Translations under genes and position numbers: made by a program
NCBI GenBank assembly: GCA_012295275.1
Contig: CM022670.1
Span: forward strand, 30,876,001 to 30,940,000
Direction: 5' to 3'
From: Chrysomallon squamiferum
Lineage: Eukaryota; Animalia; Mollusca
Length of the DNA: 64,000 nt
Part shown: piece by piece, positions 1 through 13,558 of the stretch
How positions within the stretch are numbered: the stretch's first letter is position 1
Layout of the letters: every line of letters begins with the position of its first letter
The notes under the pieces: model-generated
Databases searched by the model: none
Seen by the model: the letters and a program-made list of their open reading frames with translations, nothing else
Told to the model about the DNA's origin: nothing

Positions 1-531
1 GATTTGTATTGTCAGTGGTTTTAAAGAACTGCTTCCCACTGCAACAATGCATCAAGAAACAAATTCAATAATGGCTACATTTCAGCTTTGGACAAAAGAT
101 AATTTGATGTAGCTTATCCCAAGACAGCTGAAACCAATGGTTTGTTAAACATGTTTTAGGAACAATGTGTTATCCAAGTATTGGTGCCAGCAAAAAATCG
201 ATATTTGCCGTCATTCTATAAATTACTTTCATGTTAAAATAATTATAAAACAAGTGCTTTAAATAAAAGAGCATGTGTCATCATCTTCTAAGTACATTTA
301 CATTTGGAACAAAAACCTCCTTTAGTTTCTTGCATTTTTAACAAGACTAATTTTGTCAAGATTATTTCCAGATCTAGCCAGTTCTATGCCAATATAACTT
401 CAATGTTGTGGTTTCAAGGCAGATGCATGTAAAATATTGTTAAATGATAACATTTATGTTTTAACTCATTTTGGAAACAATAATGTTTTGTTAAAAGGCA
501 TTGTAAAACAACTGTCTTATAATTCATTGAG

Positions 532-715
532 TGGGATGTAGTTAGTTTAGTCATTAAGAGTTCAGGCCTGAGGCACAGTGGTTCATAGAACAATTCTCAT
601 TAGTGCACCCACAAAGTTATTTCTTAACTGAATCGTTGTTTCACAACCGTTTTATCAAAGGATATGGTATCTGTTTCCTGTCTACGAGCATATTCATTTA
701 AAAACTTCCACTTTG
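532..715 (+). mobile_element. Decayed tRNA-derived SINE
   Basis: GGGATGTAG..AGT..TAAGAG tRNA-like head followed by CAAAGG..TGGTAT.TG.TTCCTGTCT...CATTTAAAA core. Reverse-oriented relatives occur at 42650-42790 and 49890-50030. Confidence 0.5.
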
Positions 716-2563
716 ATAACTTAATAACTTTCTTTAATTATAAGATTGGTTGTTACAGCTTATAAAAAATAAATAAAAATTAATAATAAAATTATGGACT
801 TTTTCTATTTGTAATCAAATCAACATATTATGTACTGATTGTAAGTTAATTATGGCTCATATATGATTCTGAAAGTTTATTTCCTGTTATTAAACATGTA
901 TGAAGTAATAACCTTCAGAAATGTATCACAGCAAAACAGAAAGAAAATAAGAAAACAGAAATATAATTCCATCATTTTATGTCAAAATATAACTTTAGAT
1001 TTGTTAATTTGATCCGAAAAGCTACTGTAACCAAATCTAATCTACACTGCTGTAATTTTGACAGTATGTATGCAAATAACTTCATCAGTATTTCTTTACA
1101 GCAGTCACAGGTGAAATTGCCATTAATTTGTTATAACTATAAAATAAATTGCAATGCCTCTTTCCTGGGAAATAATAGGATGGATGTTTTGTTTAAGACT
1201 TCAGATTTTAGTTTACAGACTAATACTGCTGTTCTGCATCAAGCACACCAGATAATAAACAGCATGCTTTGTGCATAATAGCAATTTTAATTTAACTCTT
1301 TACATGCCAATATCAGGTTATGACTTGGTTATGTTTAACCTGAATCCCGCCTTCATCACATAGCTGGTGATATGGGATCTTTATAATTTCTATTTATCTA
1401 ATATTAATTTTAAAAGTATTTCAGAAATGTAGGCATAACAACTATTGATGCATAGTATTGTGGTCTATTAGAGAGCAGCCCAATACTTCTGATTTCAGCA
1501 CTCATACTGTGAACAAAAAGAGAAACAAAGTATTTCATATTGTGTCATAACTCAAGAAAAATAAAGTCAAAACTCTCATAGAAATTTGAAACCTTATAAT
1601 TGGTCTATAAACAAAGCTATCCCATCATTTGTTTTCTTACAAATACCATTATAATCATCATAATGTGAAATGATAATATAGTTAATTTAAAGCAAATGAA
1701 ATTAAACCTGCCCTGTGAGATATTACTTTTATCTGAAGACTGAAAGATCAAATCCAACATGTGTAACTAAATATGGTGGTTTGTACAGAGGTTTTACTGT
1801 GTTCAGATCTATCTATGTGCAGGTAATTAAAAGAGGCACAAATAGGCAATATGACAAAACACAGTTAAATGAAGATACTGGAATATTGTAGATTTATAAC
1901 TAGTTCTATGATCATTTACTTTGAATGAGATAACCTTTTTTTATTTATTTATTTTTTTTTTTTACAGTACTTGGCATTAATTGTATTCAGATATTCATTC
2001 ATAAATCATAAACATCACTTAAAACAAATAGTTTCAACATTCTCATGATTTTGACTGGAAGTTATTAAAATTTAAATAATATCAGCTCATCTATGTCATA
2101 AAGATAAGAGACAATGTTTTGTTTATTTATGCTCAAAATTATCACTTTATAAAGACACAAAAATGGTAAATTAAAAATAAATTGAAGTATCTGTTTCTAC
2201 ATTTTCTACAATTTAAATTCTATCTCAGATCATGTTAAATTCAGATCTTCAGCTATCACCTATATTTGGAATACCTTAGAAATCCAATTAATACTTTAAA
2301 TTAATGTACACTGGGTAAAAATGGAGCCAGAAAAATCAATGTCTGGCAAATGATAGTTTCTGGTCTAGGTCAGATCTAATTTTCATAATGATGTTTACAG
2401 AACAACACATTTCTAATCTGACCACAGTGAAGCCACAAGAGACAATTTACCAAGAAACTTGTTTGACACAAAACACTGGAATTTATGACCCAGCTTTAAT
2501 TACAAACTGTCAAAGAGGTCTTTGAGATCTTGTCTAAGCCTGAGAAATTGTGCCACAACTGTG

Positions 2564-3851
2564 GAAAATTTAACTTATTCATAACAGCCTCTCAGATTTA
2601 ACCAGAACTTACAGTTATTAGTCACAGCTTTTGTTTGAAACTCTCTGAAATTTTTTTGTCAGTTGGTCTTAATATATTTTCATGCTGCCATGTGAAAACA
2701 ATGTCAGAAGAATAGTCAGTGAAATTAGGGGGGAAAAAAAGAAGAATGAAATGATATATTGTTTCCTTTAGTTTTTTTTCTTTTTGTGTACAGATTTATC
2801 CTCCTGTAGATGTACCACTTTTCCCACAATAGTTTTACATCTTGTCAAAATATATTTTAACATGAAAAAATATTAATAACTTTAACAACGATATCATTTG
2901 ACCCAATAGTAACTAGTATCCTTTCAACCTTTTTGCATTATTAATAAATATCAAAATATTCAAAGTGTCTGGCAACTGAGAAATAAAGAAAATAAATATT
3001 TAAAAAAAATTTGTTACCTGAACCTTAGTACATTATTTTTATTTTTAATACTTATAATAATCAAATATTTTTTGTACACATAAAATGATATTTTAAAAAG
3101 AAAACTGCTGCTGTAATTACAAGTCTACTGAAAATTTAACTTATTCATATTAGTCTCTCAGATTTAACCATTACTTAAGATTACTAATCACAATTTTTGT
3201 TTGAATTACATGGTCTTAATATATTTTCTTGCTGCCACATGAAAACAATGTCAGAAAAATAGTCAGTGAAATTAAGGGAAGAAAAGAAAGAATGAAATGT
3301 ATATTGGTTCATTATTTTTTTTTCCTTAAAGCTTTCTACTGATTTGTTTTTGTTGATGCTTTTATGAGAAAACTGTTACAGATTTTGTTAACTGGAAGTA
3401 AATTTAAAAAAAACTACATCCCCCCTAAAAAAAAAACAACATAACAGTTGTACATAAAATCTGGTCATTTATGAAAAACTGAAGAATACAGAAAAATGTT
3501 ATAAAGAGTTGAAAGGACTTTACTATATTCATCAAGCAAAAAAATAAAAATAAATAAAAAATAATGATAATAGTAATAGTAATAACAAAAAATTTAAAAA
3601 AAACAAAACAATGAAATAAAATAATTTTTGTTTTTTATACACATTTTCATTCTTTTTAATCTAAGATTATTCTATAAATATAAATGAATCAAATTGAAAA
3701 ACGCATGCACTCAAAAAAATAAAAACAATTATAAAACCACCAAACTATAAACCCTAAAAACAGAAATATACATAAAATTAATAGATAAATAATAATAAAA
3801 ATTAAAATAATAACAAGAACAAGAATAATAATAATGATTATTATTAACATT

Positions 3852-3893
<42 letters not shown>

Positions 3894-4539
3894 GCTATTT
3901 TGCTAATATTTTTTTTAGTAATAATAACATAAAAAATATTCCATTATTAATGAATTAATTAAAGTTTATGATACTATCAGAATATTTTACTTCTCATAAA
4001 TATCTTACATGAAAACAGATGTCTGCTGATATTTATATAAAATTTACATTCAGTATGAATTGTAAATGAAAGAAACAAATCACAGCATGATATCAGACTA
4101 TAAAAGTGGCAGTGTCATTGGAAGAGCTTACTTAAACATAATTTTTTAATTCTGTGTATGAAATGACTGGGTTGATGTGACCTAAAGTCATTCACTTTCA
4201 TTACATTTTTATTTTTTAAAAACAACAATTAAATGTGTACAGATTTATCCTGTAGATGTACCACTTTACCCATAACAGTTTATCATCTTGTCAAAATATA
4301 TATTTTAACATGAAAACATATTAATAACAGTAATAATGATATCAGTTGACCCAACAGTATCTGTATCTTTGAATCTTTTTGCACTATTAGTAAATATCAA
4401 AATATTCAAAGTGTCTGGAAATTGAAAAATAAAGAAAAAAATATATTTTTTAAAAATTTGTTACATGAATCTCATACATTATTTTCATTTTTAATACATA
4501 ATCAAATATTTTTTGTACACATAAAATTATATTTTAAAA
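2564..4539. repeat. Interleaved intronic direct duplications
   Basis: Unit A at about 2564-2762 recurs at about 3130-3307. Unit B at about 2785-3098 recurs at about 4234-4539. Both pairs are diverged but clearly alignable. Confidence 0.8.
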
Positions 4540-6189
4540 CAAGACAAAAACAAAAAAACCCCTGAAAAACTAAAAAAAACAATCTGTTATGAATGTTTCA
4601 GCTAATTCAAAAACAAATACAATTACCCAACATTATATCTCCCATGATAATTTCATATCACATTATCAAAATGAAAAGAAGAATCCATTAAAATAAATAA
4701 TAAAAATATCCAATTAAGGTAGAGGAGCTAATAACAAAAATGTGTTTTATTTTTTTTATTTTTTTTTTTTAAATTTAAAAAAGTTAAAGAAAAAGAAACT
4801 ATTAACATCTAATGAAAAGATGAAGTGTGACATAAATCAGAAAGACAGAGAAAAAATCAATAGGAAACAAACACATCTCATGTAACTGAATAAAAAAGGC
4901 ATGTCATTCTTTTCTGAGAACATGGATGAAAATTGACTTTCTGCTACTTCCAGATGCTGACACTGACAGAATGTTGTATCTGTTACATTTACTGAACAGT
5001 TTTCATTTTACCTTTCATTGTTTCTTTAATGTTCATATAATATCACAGTACCCCTATTACATTTTATAAAATGAAATGGCATTAAACCCTTCGTGGTTAC
5101 ACCATTATTCCAAATGGTGCAATGGTTCCTGAGATTTTTTTAGTTCAGTGTAAAATGTATATGGAATTACAAATTTTACAAAGAAAACATGTTGTGTCAG
5201 ATTATAAATAAAAAATTGTAACTTGTCCCAAAGATCTAGAATCATCAACAACAAATTACAAATGTCAATATTAAGGTATTCATTCTCAAAACAATGCTTT
5301 TGCCACTGTTCAAGATATTTGGATTTAGAATAAAATATAGAAAAAAAACAATAATAATAATAAAATAATCATACACACATTTTAACATATATCCAGCTTT
5401 TAATTTAATATATGTGCGTGATTGTGTGTTGTTCTATAGGTCTAGAATCATAGAAAAGATATTAAAAATATCATTACAAATATTTTCAATCATAAAACAA
5501 TGTGTCTGTACAATTGGTCATGATCTAGCCAAGACATTCTATAATAAATACAGTGAATGATGTTAGGATTAAATGTTTCTTGTATCAATAATAAAATGCA
5601 ACAAAAGGTACAGACACATATAATTATAAATTTCTTGAATTAAAACAAGTAAATGAACCTTTCTAGTATTTCAACACCATCCTTCAAGAAAAAAATATGT
5701 TTTAATTTTATAGCTAAACATGCATATATTGTGTCTTAAAATAATAACCATTCTTTAATGTTAGCTTAATCATTAAAACTTTTGAATTACAGTGGATGTG
5801 TATCATGTAAAATAATCTTTTTCAAGCTGTGGGGATAAATGAATAAAGCTTAGGCAAAACTAATTTACTTCCAAAATGCCCAGTATTAAAATTTAAACTT
5901 CTTGCAGTATTTATTGTTTCAGATCACCAATTCATGTTTCTTGAAATATCCTTTATTGTTGTGCACATCAGATAAAGAAAATACTAATATGAATTGTGTG
6001 TATTTTTCCAGACATGTTGAAAAGCAGTGAGTCATGAAGGACATAAAGACATCACAAATCAGTAACATGCCATTATACACAGCACAAGGACAATTGTTGC
6101 ATCAAACTGAATTTGACAGATGCAGCTAGAGCCCACAGAGGAATTACAACAAGACTGGCAAATAAACTCATTACCCAAGTGTGCGTGGG

Positions 6190-6720
6190 CTTGTGTCTGT
6201 AATTTAGGTTTCAAAATAAAGGCCAGAAGTTGCCTGTTTTTACAATTTGCAAACATAAAACATTTAAATCTGGTTCTCTTTATCAGTCAAACTTGAGTTC
6301 TTTTAAATATGAAGTAATACTTATTACATAGTAATGAAAGGCTAAGCAGATTTGCTTGTCACTGATTTAGATTTCAAAATGAAGGTGCTAACTGCCTGTT
6401 AACTAGTAAACATAAAACATTTAAAACTTATTTTCTTTAACAGTGAAAGTTGTGTTACCTTTTATAATGAAAAAGAAAGTCATGATTAATTATAATATAG
6501 TACCTTTTATGTAACAATGAAAGGATAAGCAAATCTACTTGCCAGTATGTCTGTAAGTTAGATTTCAAAATGAAGAGGTGTAGTTATCAGTTGATACAAC
6601 TTGAACTTGTAAAGAAAATAATAGTAAATCTTATTCTAAGTTCTGTTATTGTTTGTAACAAAGAAATAAATATCATGGTTAATTACATACCAATTTTTTT
6701 CATGAAAAAAGAAAGGAAAA
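6190..6720. repeat. Degenerate tandem repeat, about 160-190 nt unit, 2-3 copies
   Basis: Recurring AAACATAAAACATTTAAA, AATGAAAGG.TAAGCA and TTAG.TTTCAAAAT blocks. Confidence 0.6.
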
Positions 6721-7144
6721 AACACATATGGCAACAGTAAAACATGTTTGCTGGAATAAAGATAATAAGTTATATGTTATTTTAGATAAAAAAACAGATT
6801 AACCTTTATTTTATTAGAAATTAAGAGCAACAAACATTTAACCTTTACAAAAACCATGCTGAAAATTATTTGAAAGTTTAGTTTTCAGGACGGTTCCACG
6901 CTCACACTATCTGACATTATTGTTTATAGCTGAGCCAAATACAGCTTTCAAAAAAACAGAATCATATTTATGGTTTATCAATATCCATTCTGTTTCCATA
7001 GATACTACATATAAAAAATTTTTTCTTTATATTACACTTTAGTTTTTTTTAAATAAAATATTTATAAGTTAAGCTAAAAAAAAAAATAAAAGACTGCCTC
7101 TCTGAGAAGATTTCCCAAGATACAAAAAACTAAAATTTTCTTAC

Positions 7145-10100
7145 CGAAGTTCGACAAAACCATCAACAAGAGACACAGAAAAGAAATCAGCTTTGGCACT
7201 TTCCAGTTCAGCACTGAACAGAAGGAGTCCATGTTTAGCTTCAGGCAGGAACTGAAGAGATATTCGGAACGCTTTGTGGGCATTCCGTAAAACAGGCAAA
7301 GCCAGGAATCCTGTGCCACGGAATTTAGGATATCGAACAGTAATTACTGAAAGAGATTAAATGTATGCAAGAGAAGTACTAAATAAATAAAATTTTCTTG
7401 ACATTTTTCCTAAGGACTCTGTTAGCTTTTATTATAATAGTAATAGTTACAGTTAAAAAAAATTCAAAGAGAATATAAAAATTAAAATTAAAACATTTAA
7501 ATAATAATTATACAATTTTAAAATGAAATAAATAAATAATATTCTATTAACATACATGTTTCACATCTGATACCAGAAGTACCAAGTGGACAGTTGCATT
7601 GTGGGATTCCTCCTTCAATACCGCATGTTCCATTGTTAAGACACGCAATCCCACTGCAAGTGACCTTCTCTGGCACCAACTTCTCTCCCTTCCCAAAACT
7701 GTAATCTGTATTCTGTTCTAAATCTGGGGTATCAACTCCTCCTTCCATTATGTGAAATAATGAAATAGGATCTGGAAGATCTTTCTTCAGATCAAATGTT
7801 TTTATTTTTATTTCTGGTTCTGTAGCTTCCAACACTTGGTTTTGCATATCTTGTAAATTTTTTGTTTTTCTATGACTATTTTCTGTGTGTATTTGATCCT
7901 GTGTGTCTTTTGACTGGTTAGAATTGACTGAAGTAACTGACTGTTTTTCAGGATTTTCATTTCTGTGTAAAACATGAACATTATTGTCAAGATGTACTGA
8001 GTCGGTATGTGCTACATTTCCAATCTGATGTGCTTTGTGGTCATCATTTTGAACAGAATTGGTTTCAATTTTTGTGTTAAGTGATTCTGCAGGAACAAAA
8101 TCAGGATCAACTGAAATAAAGAGAGAAAAAAATTCAGATCTTGTTATATATACAATTAAAACTGAAATGTTCAGTGATAGGATGCTGTATCTGTCATCTG
8201 CTGTTTGTTATACACATACACAGATATATACACATGCACTAGATACCAAAGAGGAAAACAAATTTTATCACACAGTTAAGAAATATAAAGTGTTTATTTA
8301 AGTATAAAGCAACATAAAAAGAAATCAACATGCATATATATGACTACACTGGAAGTAAATTTCAGATAGTAAGCAGTAACTGTGGATCTGGTAATTTGTC
8401 TAATAATGTCATAACAACAAAGAGATAGCAATTATATTTATTTATTATATATAATCACTGAAAGACAATAACTACTGGTATTTTGTATTTCCTATGATTA
8501 TTACACAGATCAAACATAATCCATTTATGCTATCAGAATAATTTAAAACAATTAATTTTATTTATTTATTTATTTATTATTTTAATGTAATTGATAATTT
8601 ACTGTGATATCTAATATATAACACACTATATTAATCAGTTCTTAATAAATATTTATAAAATAAAATCTGAAAAAGATTATTGTACTCCTGCATTGTATCA
8701 ATAATCTAAATCAAAATATTTTTTTGTTTAATTATTATTTATTATATATATATTTTTTAATTTATTAATTTGTTATTTATTTATTTTTTTATGTAAAGAA
8801 ATTAGAAAAATAATAACACAGCAACCTTTTAAATTTAATAATATTTCATTTAAAAAAAAAAAAAAGGACATCTAGGAATATAATTTAAAAAACCTAATAA
8901 TAAATAAATTTGTAAAAAGTATTTACACATTCCAATTTTATTTATTTATTCTGTATCAAAATAATTTTCATTCACTTCCAGAAAGACAACAAACAATGGT
9001 TTACAATTTGGACATGTCATGTACGGGTGATCTTAAAATGGTACTAATTCTGTCTAAGTAATTTCAGGTGGAAATCGAACATGCACAGCTAAAGGAGACT
9101 CATATTTTAGACACAGAAAACACCAACCCAGAAGCAAAATATACTGTTTCAGCTCAAGAATTCATTTATTTTGAGGACTTCCAATAAATACTATGACCCT
9201 TAGAACCTCAACCTGCAGGCAAACTTAATTGATTCCCCAAACAAAATCAGTCACCTTAAGCCAATTTGCAAAACCAATTCACCTCATGTAAATAATTCAG
9301 CTTGGTCAAGTTGCTTTGAATAATGCATAATATGATGCCATAAAGCTGTTTCTTTATTTCATGTTAAATATGTTCAATACTGATGCATTTGTTTCCATTA
9401 ACTTTGAAATCATTTAGAAAATGCTGAATCCTACAGATGTAATTATGTGCATGGTGAAATATATTAATTAATTAGAAAGTTTATGTATAATAATAATAGT
9501 AATAGTGGTAGCAGCAGTAGTATCAGTAATGGTGGTGGTAGTAGCAATAGTGAATACTCTAGTAACAACAACAATAAAAAAAAAATCAAAATATAAATTG
9601 ACTACTCTTTAGTCTTTAAGTTTAGTTAATTAAATAACAAGTTTATAATTTAAAAAAAAAAAAACTAATTCAAACAAATCTAAATTACCTAACAAATATT
9701 CAAAATTAAATCTTGTAATTTGAAAATGAAAGCACTATTACAAACACAAAATATTAATAGTTTTACTAAATGAAGTTTTTGAACTAGGTAACAGCATTAA
9801 TTTTCCTGTAACACTGAATTATACTGGCAAAAAAAACATAGTTAGAATTTCCTTTTTTATTTGGATTGTTGAAATTATGCCAAATATAATAAATTCAATT
9901 TTTTTTTTTTTTTGTTTGGGGTTTTTTTTGTTCTATTTGCCATAAATAAAATTTACCTTGAACTCAGAAGCTGGATTATATTTATATTCAGCACAGCATG
10001 TTGAAACATCATAAAACACATTAAACTTTTTTTCTTTCATTGACTAATGAAACCAAATAAGTCATATATAGTGGGTCAAATAAACTTAATTAAGTACTGT

Positions 10101-10277
10101 GAGTATTGATTACTTGATCAATACAAATATATATATTTAGAAGTTTTACTTCTTACTGAAATTTTTTTTTTCTGAGTTTAAAATAAAAATTCTGAAATTC
10201 AATATTTCACTAATATTTTAAACAGACAATTAATTCAGGTGAAATGTAAGGTCAATTTTTCTATGAAAAAAAATATC

Positions 10278-10317
<40 letters not shown>

Positions 10318-11657
10318 TCAAATCTTCTTCAGTGATAACCTGTGCATGATAGCAACTTATACTTGATGGACAGCTTATTGTTTACCCAACAATGCATTTT
10401 ATTAAATATATTTCTACTCTGTGTAACAACCATCTTTGTTGTTAGTCTGTGTCAATAATGTTTGCCTCAGTGTTGAATGACAGTCATAGATAGGTTAGTC
10501 TGTATATATTAACATTTCACTTGCAATACTCTATGCTGTAATAATTTACCTGAGCATGAAAAGCCATCACTGTTAAGCTTGTAGCCATCCTGACAGTAAC
10601 AGATGTATCCCAAGTCTTGTATGTCATGACACTTGTGACTACATGGCTTGTTAGGACTTTTACAGTGTCCTAAAAAAACAACAATAATAACCACATTAAT
10701 ATTCTTCTTGTAAATAGTGATCCACTGAAAATGTTGACATAAAAAAATATATATATTAAAAAATTACAGTGAAGATATACAGTAATAACCTTTATTGATA
10801 AAATATATGAGACATTATTAAAGAGTTATTCAATTATTCATTCAAAATAATGAAACTCAACAGAAGATTTTGTTACTTCCGTATTTGGAACAATAGGACA
10901 TCTAGAAGAAGAAAAAACATTCCTTTAAGTTTACCCATACCAACAACATTCAGCACAGCGTGTTTAGAGACATAATTGCCTATTAAAATGACATAAAAAT
11001 GTAAATACACCTGGTAATCTAACGTGCATCCACAGAAAACCAGTTTTCCATTATAATTAAATTATCTTCTGATATACATTTCACCTTCCTTTGATCATGG
11101 TGTCATGGAAGAATTATGTTATAAAGATATTTTTCATTTTATCTGTTCACAAAGACAGGAGTATATGTGTGTCTAATTGTTAACTCTATTAATTCTGAGG
11201 TAAATGAAAGCAACACTGATATTGATCACATCAAAGATTTTGATTATTAAATCCTGCTATAATGTCTGAAAAGTTCTGCAAACAGCTTTTGTCATTATTA
11301 TATTAGTAGATTTATGAATATTTTCGCATTACTCCAACAAAAAAATAATAAGTTTGTCTGTGTGCTGCGTTGTATGTCATTATAGTGTCTAAATGTGTTC
11401 ATGTGTTTGAATGAACAAATATATTGTCTGTGTTTGTTTTCATGTATGTATCTCATAACTAATCATTTACCGTTTAATTATGTTACTTGCTTTGCTACAA
11501 AACAGAACCATCACTGTATTTTTTATGCATTCTTTCACACTCTGTCTAAAGATTCTAATAAAAACAGTAAGTCACACTCTATTTTATATCCAGGAAGTTA
11601 CACAAAATTATACCATAGAAAGGGGATGTTACCCAGATTTATGTTATTGTTTCAGAA

Positions 11658-11688
<31 letters not shown>

Positions 11689-13517
11689 AACAATCCTTAA
11701 ATGTTTTACTGAAAAGAAAGAATCATTTATCTTAAATATTATTATTAGTCATGAACATAAATAACACAGACATACACTAAAATTGCTAGTTCATGAATGT
11801 ACATTATGGAGTTAGGATATATTATTATTTCATACATACTTCTAACTGACACATACGGTTTTCCTTATCACAAATTATTATTTGACAGTATTTAACAATC
11901 CTGAACATTTTATCTTGACTGTCTTTAGTCCTTAAATTATGGAATCAAGATAATAATCCCATTACTGGTCTGATCCTGTTTCTACTGTATCAGCTTATAA
12001 GAAAAAAAAACCCACTATTTTCTCCATATTTACAATAAAAATAAAATATTATTTTCTTTTCTTTGTAATAACAACAACAAAGGTAATAATAATAATAATA
12101 ACAATATAATGTTAACTACAAAAACCATGAAAATACTATTAGTAATGATAAGAGAAACAGTAATACTAATGATGATGTCATAAAATAACAAATAATCAAT
12201 CCAAAAAAAAAAGAGTATTTATTTAAGAAATTGTTATTTAATTATCTTCTTTGCTTCTGTATATTTCAGCACACAAATATACAACAAATATTTACTATTT
12301 ACTAATTAACTAAATGTAGTTAGTCAGAAATGTTTAATCCTATGAACAAGACAACAATATTTTCTAAATATTTTGATATTTTATTAAAGTCTGAATATGA
12401 TCTTCTAATAATATTTCTGTTAGTTAAGATAATTATTCATATTTCAATGATAGACAGGAAGTGCATGTGTACCAAATCATTAATATACATGAGGATAACA
12501 GAACAAAGAAAACAAACTTTCATATGTATATCATGTTAAATATGTTGCTGATTATATAATTAATTGTGTGTTCAAAAATAATCTATACCATGAAAGGAAA
12601 ATTACTTCTGTAGTTATAAGAAATTATTTATAACCAGAATTTTATTAATTTAAAATAATAATTATGCATCTGTAATTTTTAGTAATTTCATATATTTCTT
12701 CTATTTTTTCTGTTTTTTCAAAAAGATTTACTGACACAAGATTTTAAAAATATTAAATATTGTAACATTTAAAGTAAAATATATTTTACAATAAAGAAAA
12801 CTAGCAGATGCACACTGGATATATTTATTTTTAATCCATGTATGACAATTTATAATTTAATGACATAAATAAATAAATAAATATCTAATTAAGAATTAAA
12901 TTTTTCACACTATGTCAAAAAACAGAATACCGGACACAGTATCTAAGATGTGTTCATGTTAAGAACAATGGGAACATTTTATTATTCCTATTTTCTTCAT
13001 CTCAATATTTTCACCTGCCTGCCTAATACCATGTAACTTGCACCTGTCAACACCTGTTAATCCAATAACTACATGATTGTAGCAAGTTTGGTTGCTGTGT
13101 AGCAGAGTTAATAATAAAGAAAACAATCAATGGATTTATTTCCAGGACAAAGAAACTAATTTTATTGAATAGAAAAGAAAAGAAAGGTCAGATGCTCTAA
13201 GTTAGTGATATAACCAACCCACAGGATGAGATTAAGTCTGAGAAAGTGTGATATTTTAGTCACAATCATTTTATTTGTCTGTAGCAGCAGTTACTCTAAT
13301 ATGTCAGAAGAAAAGAGAGGCAGAAAAAAAAAGATTTTGTATGTAAAATATCAACCAGTGTGCATAATTTTGAAGAAAACAGAAATGAAAAAAAAAAGAT
13401 TTATCTCTATAACATTAACTGATGTCATATTTAGTATTAAATCTTTGTAGGATATTCATGTTCAGTATGTACACTACTGTATCAAATATAAAACTGGTAG
13501 AAAGAAAAACAAAGCTT

Positions 13518-13558
<41 letters not shown>

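Noticed and set aside
979-6256. Short ORFs (979-1278, 6059-6256) or further SP2353-like exons left of 7145
   Set aside because: No domain similarity, and I could not find the expected LamG continuation with proper splice sites. The next exon is probably outside the window.
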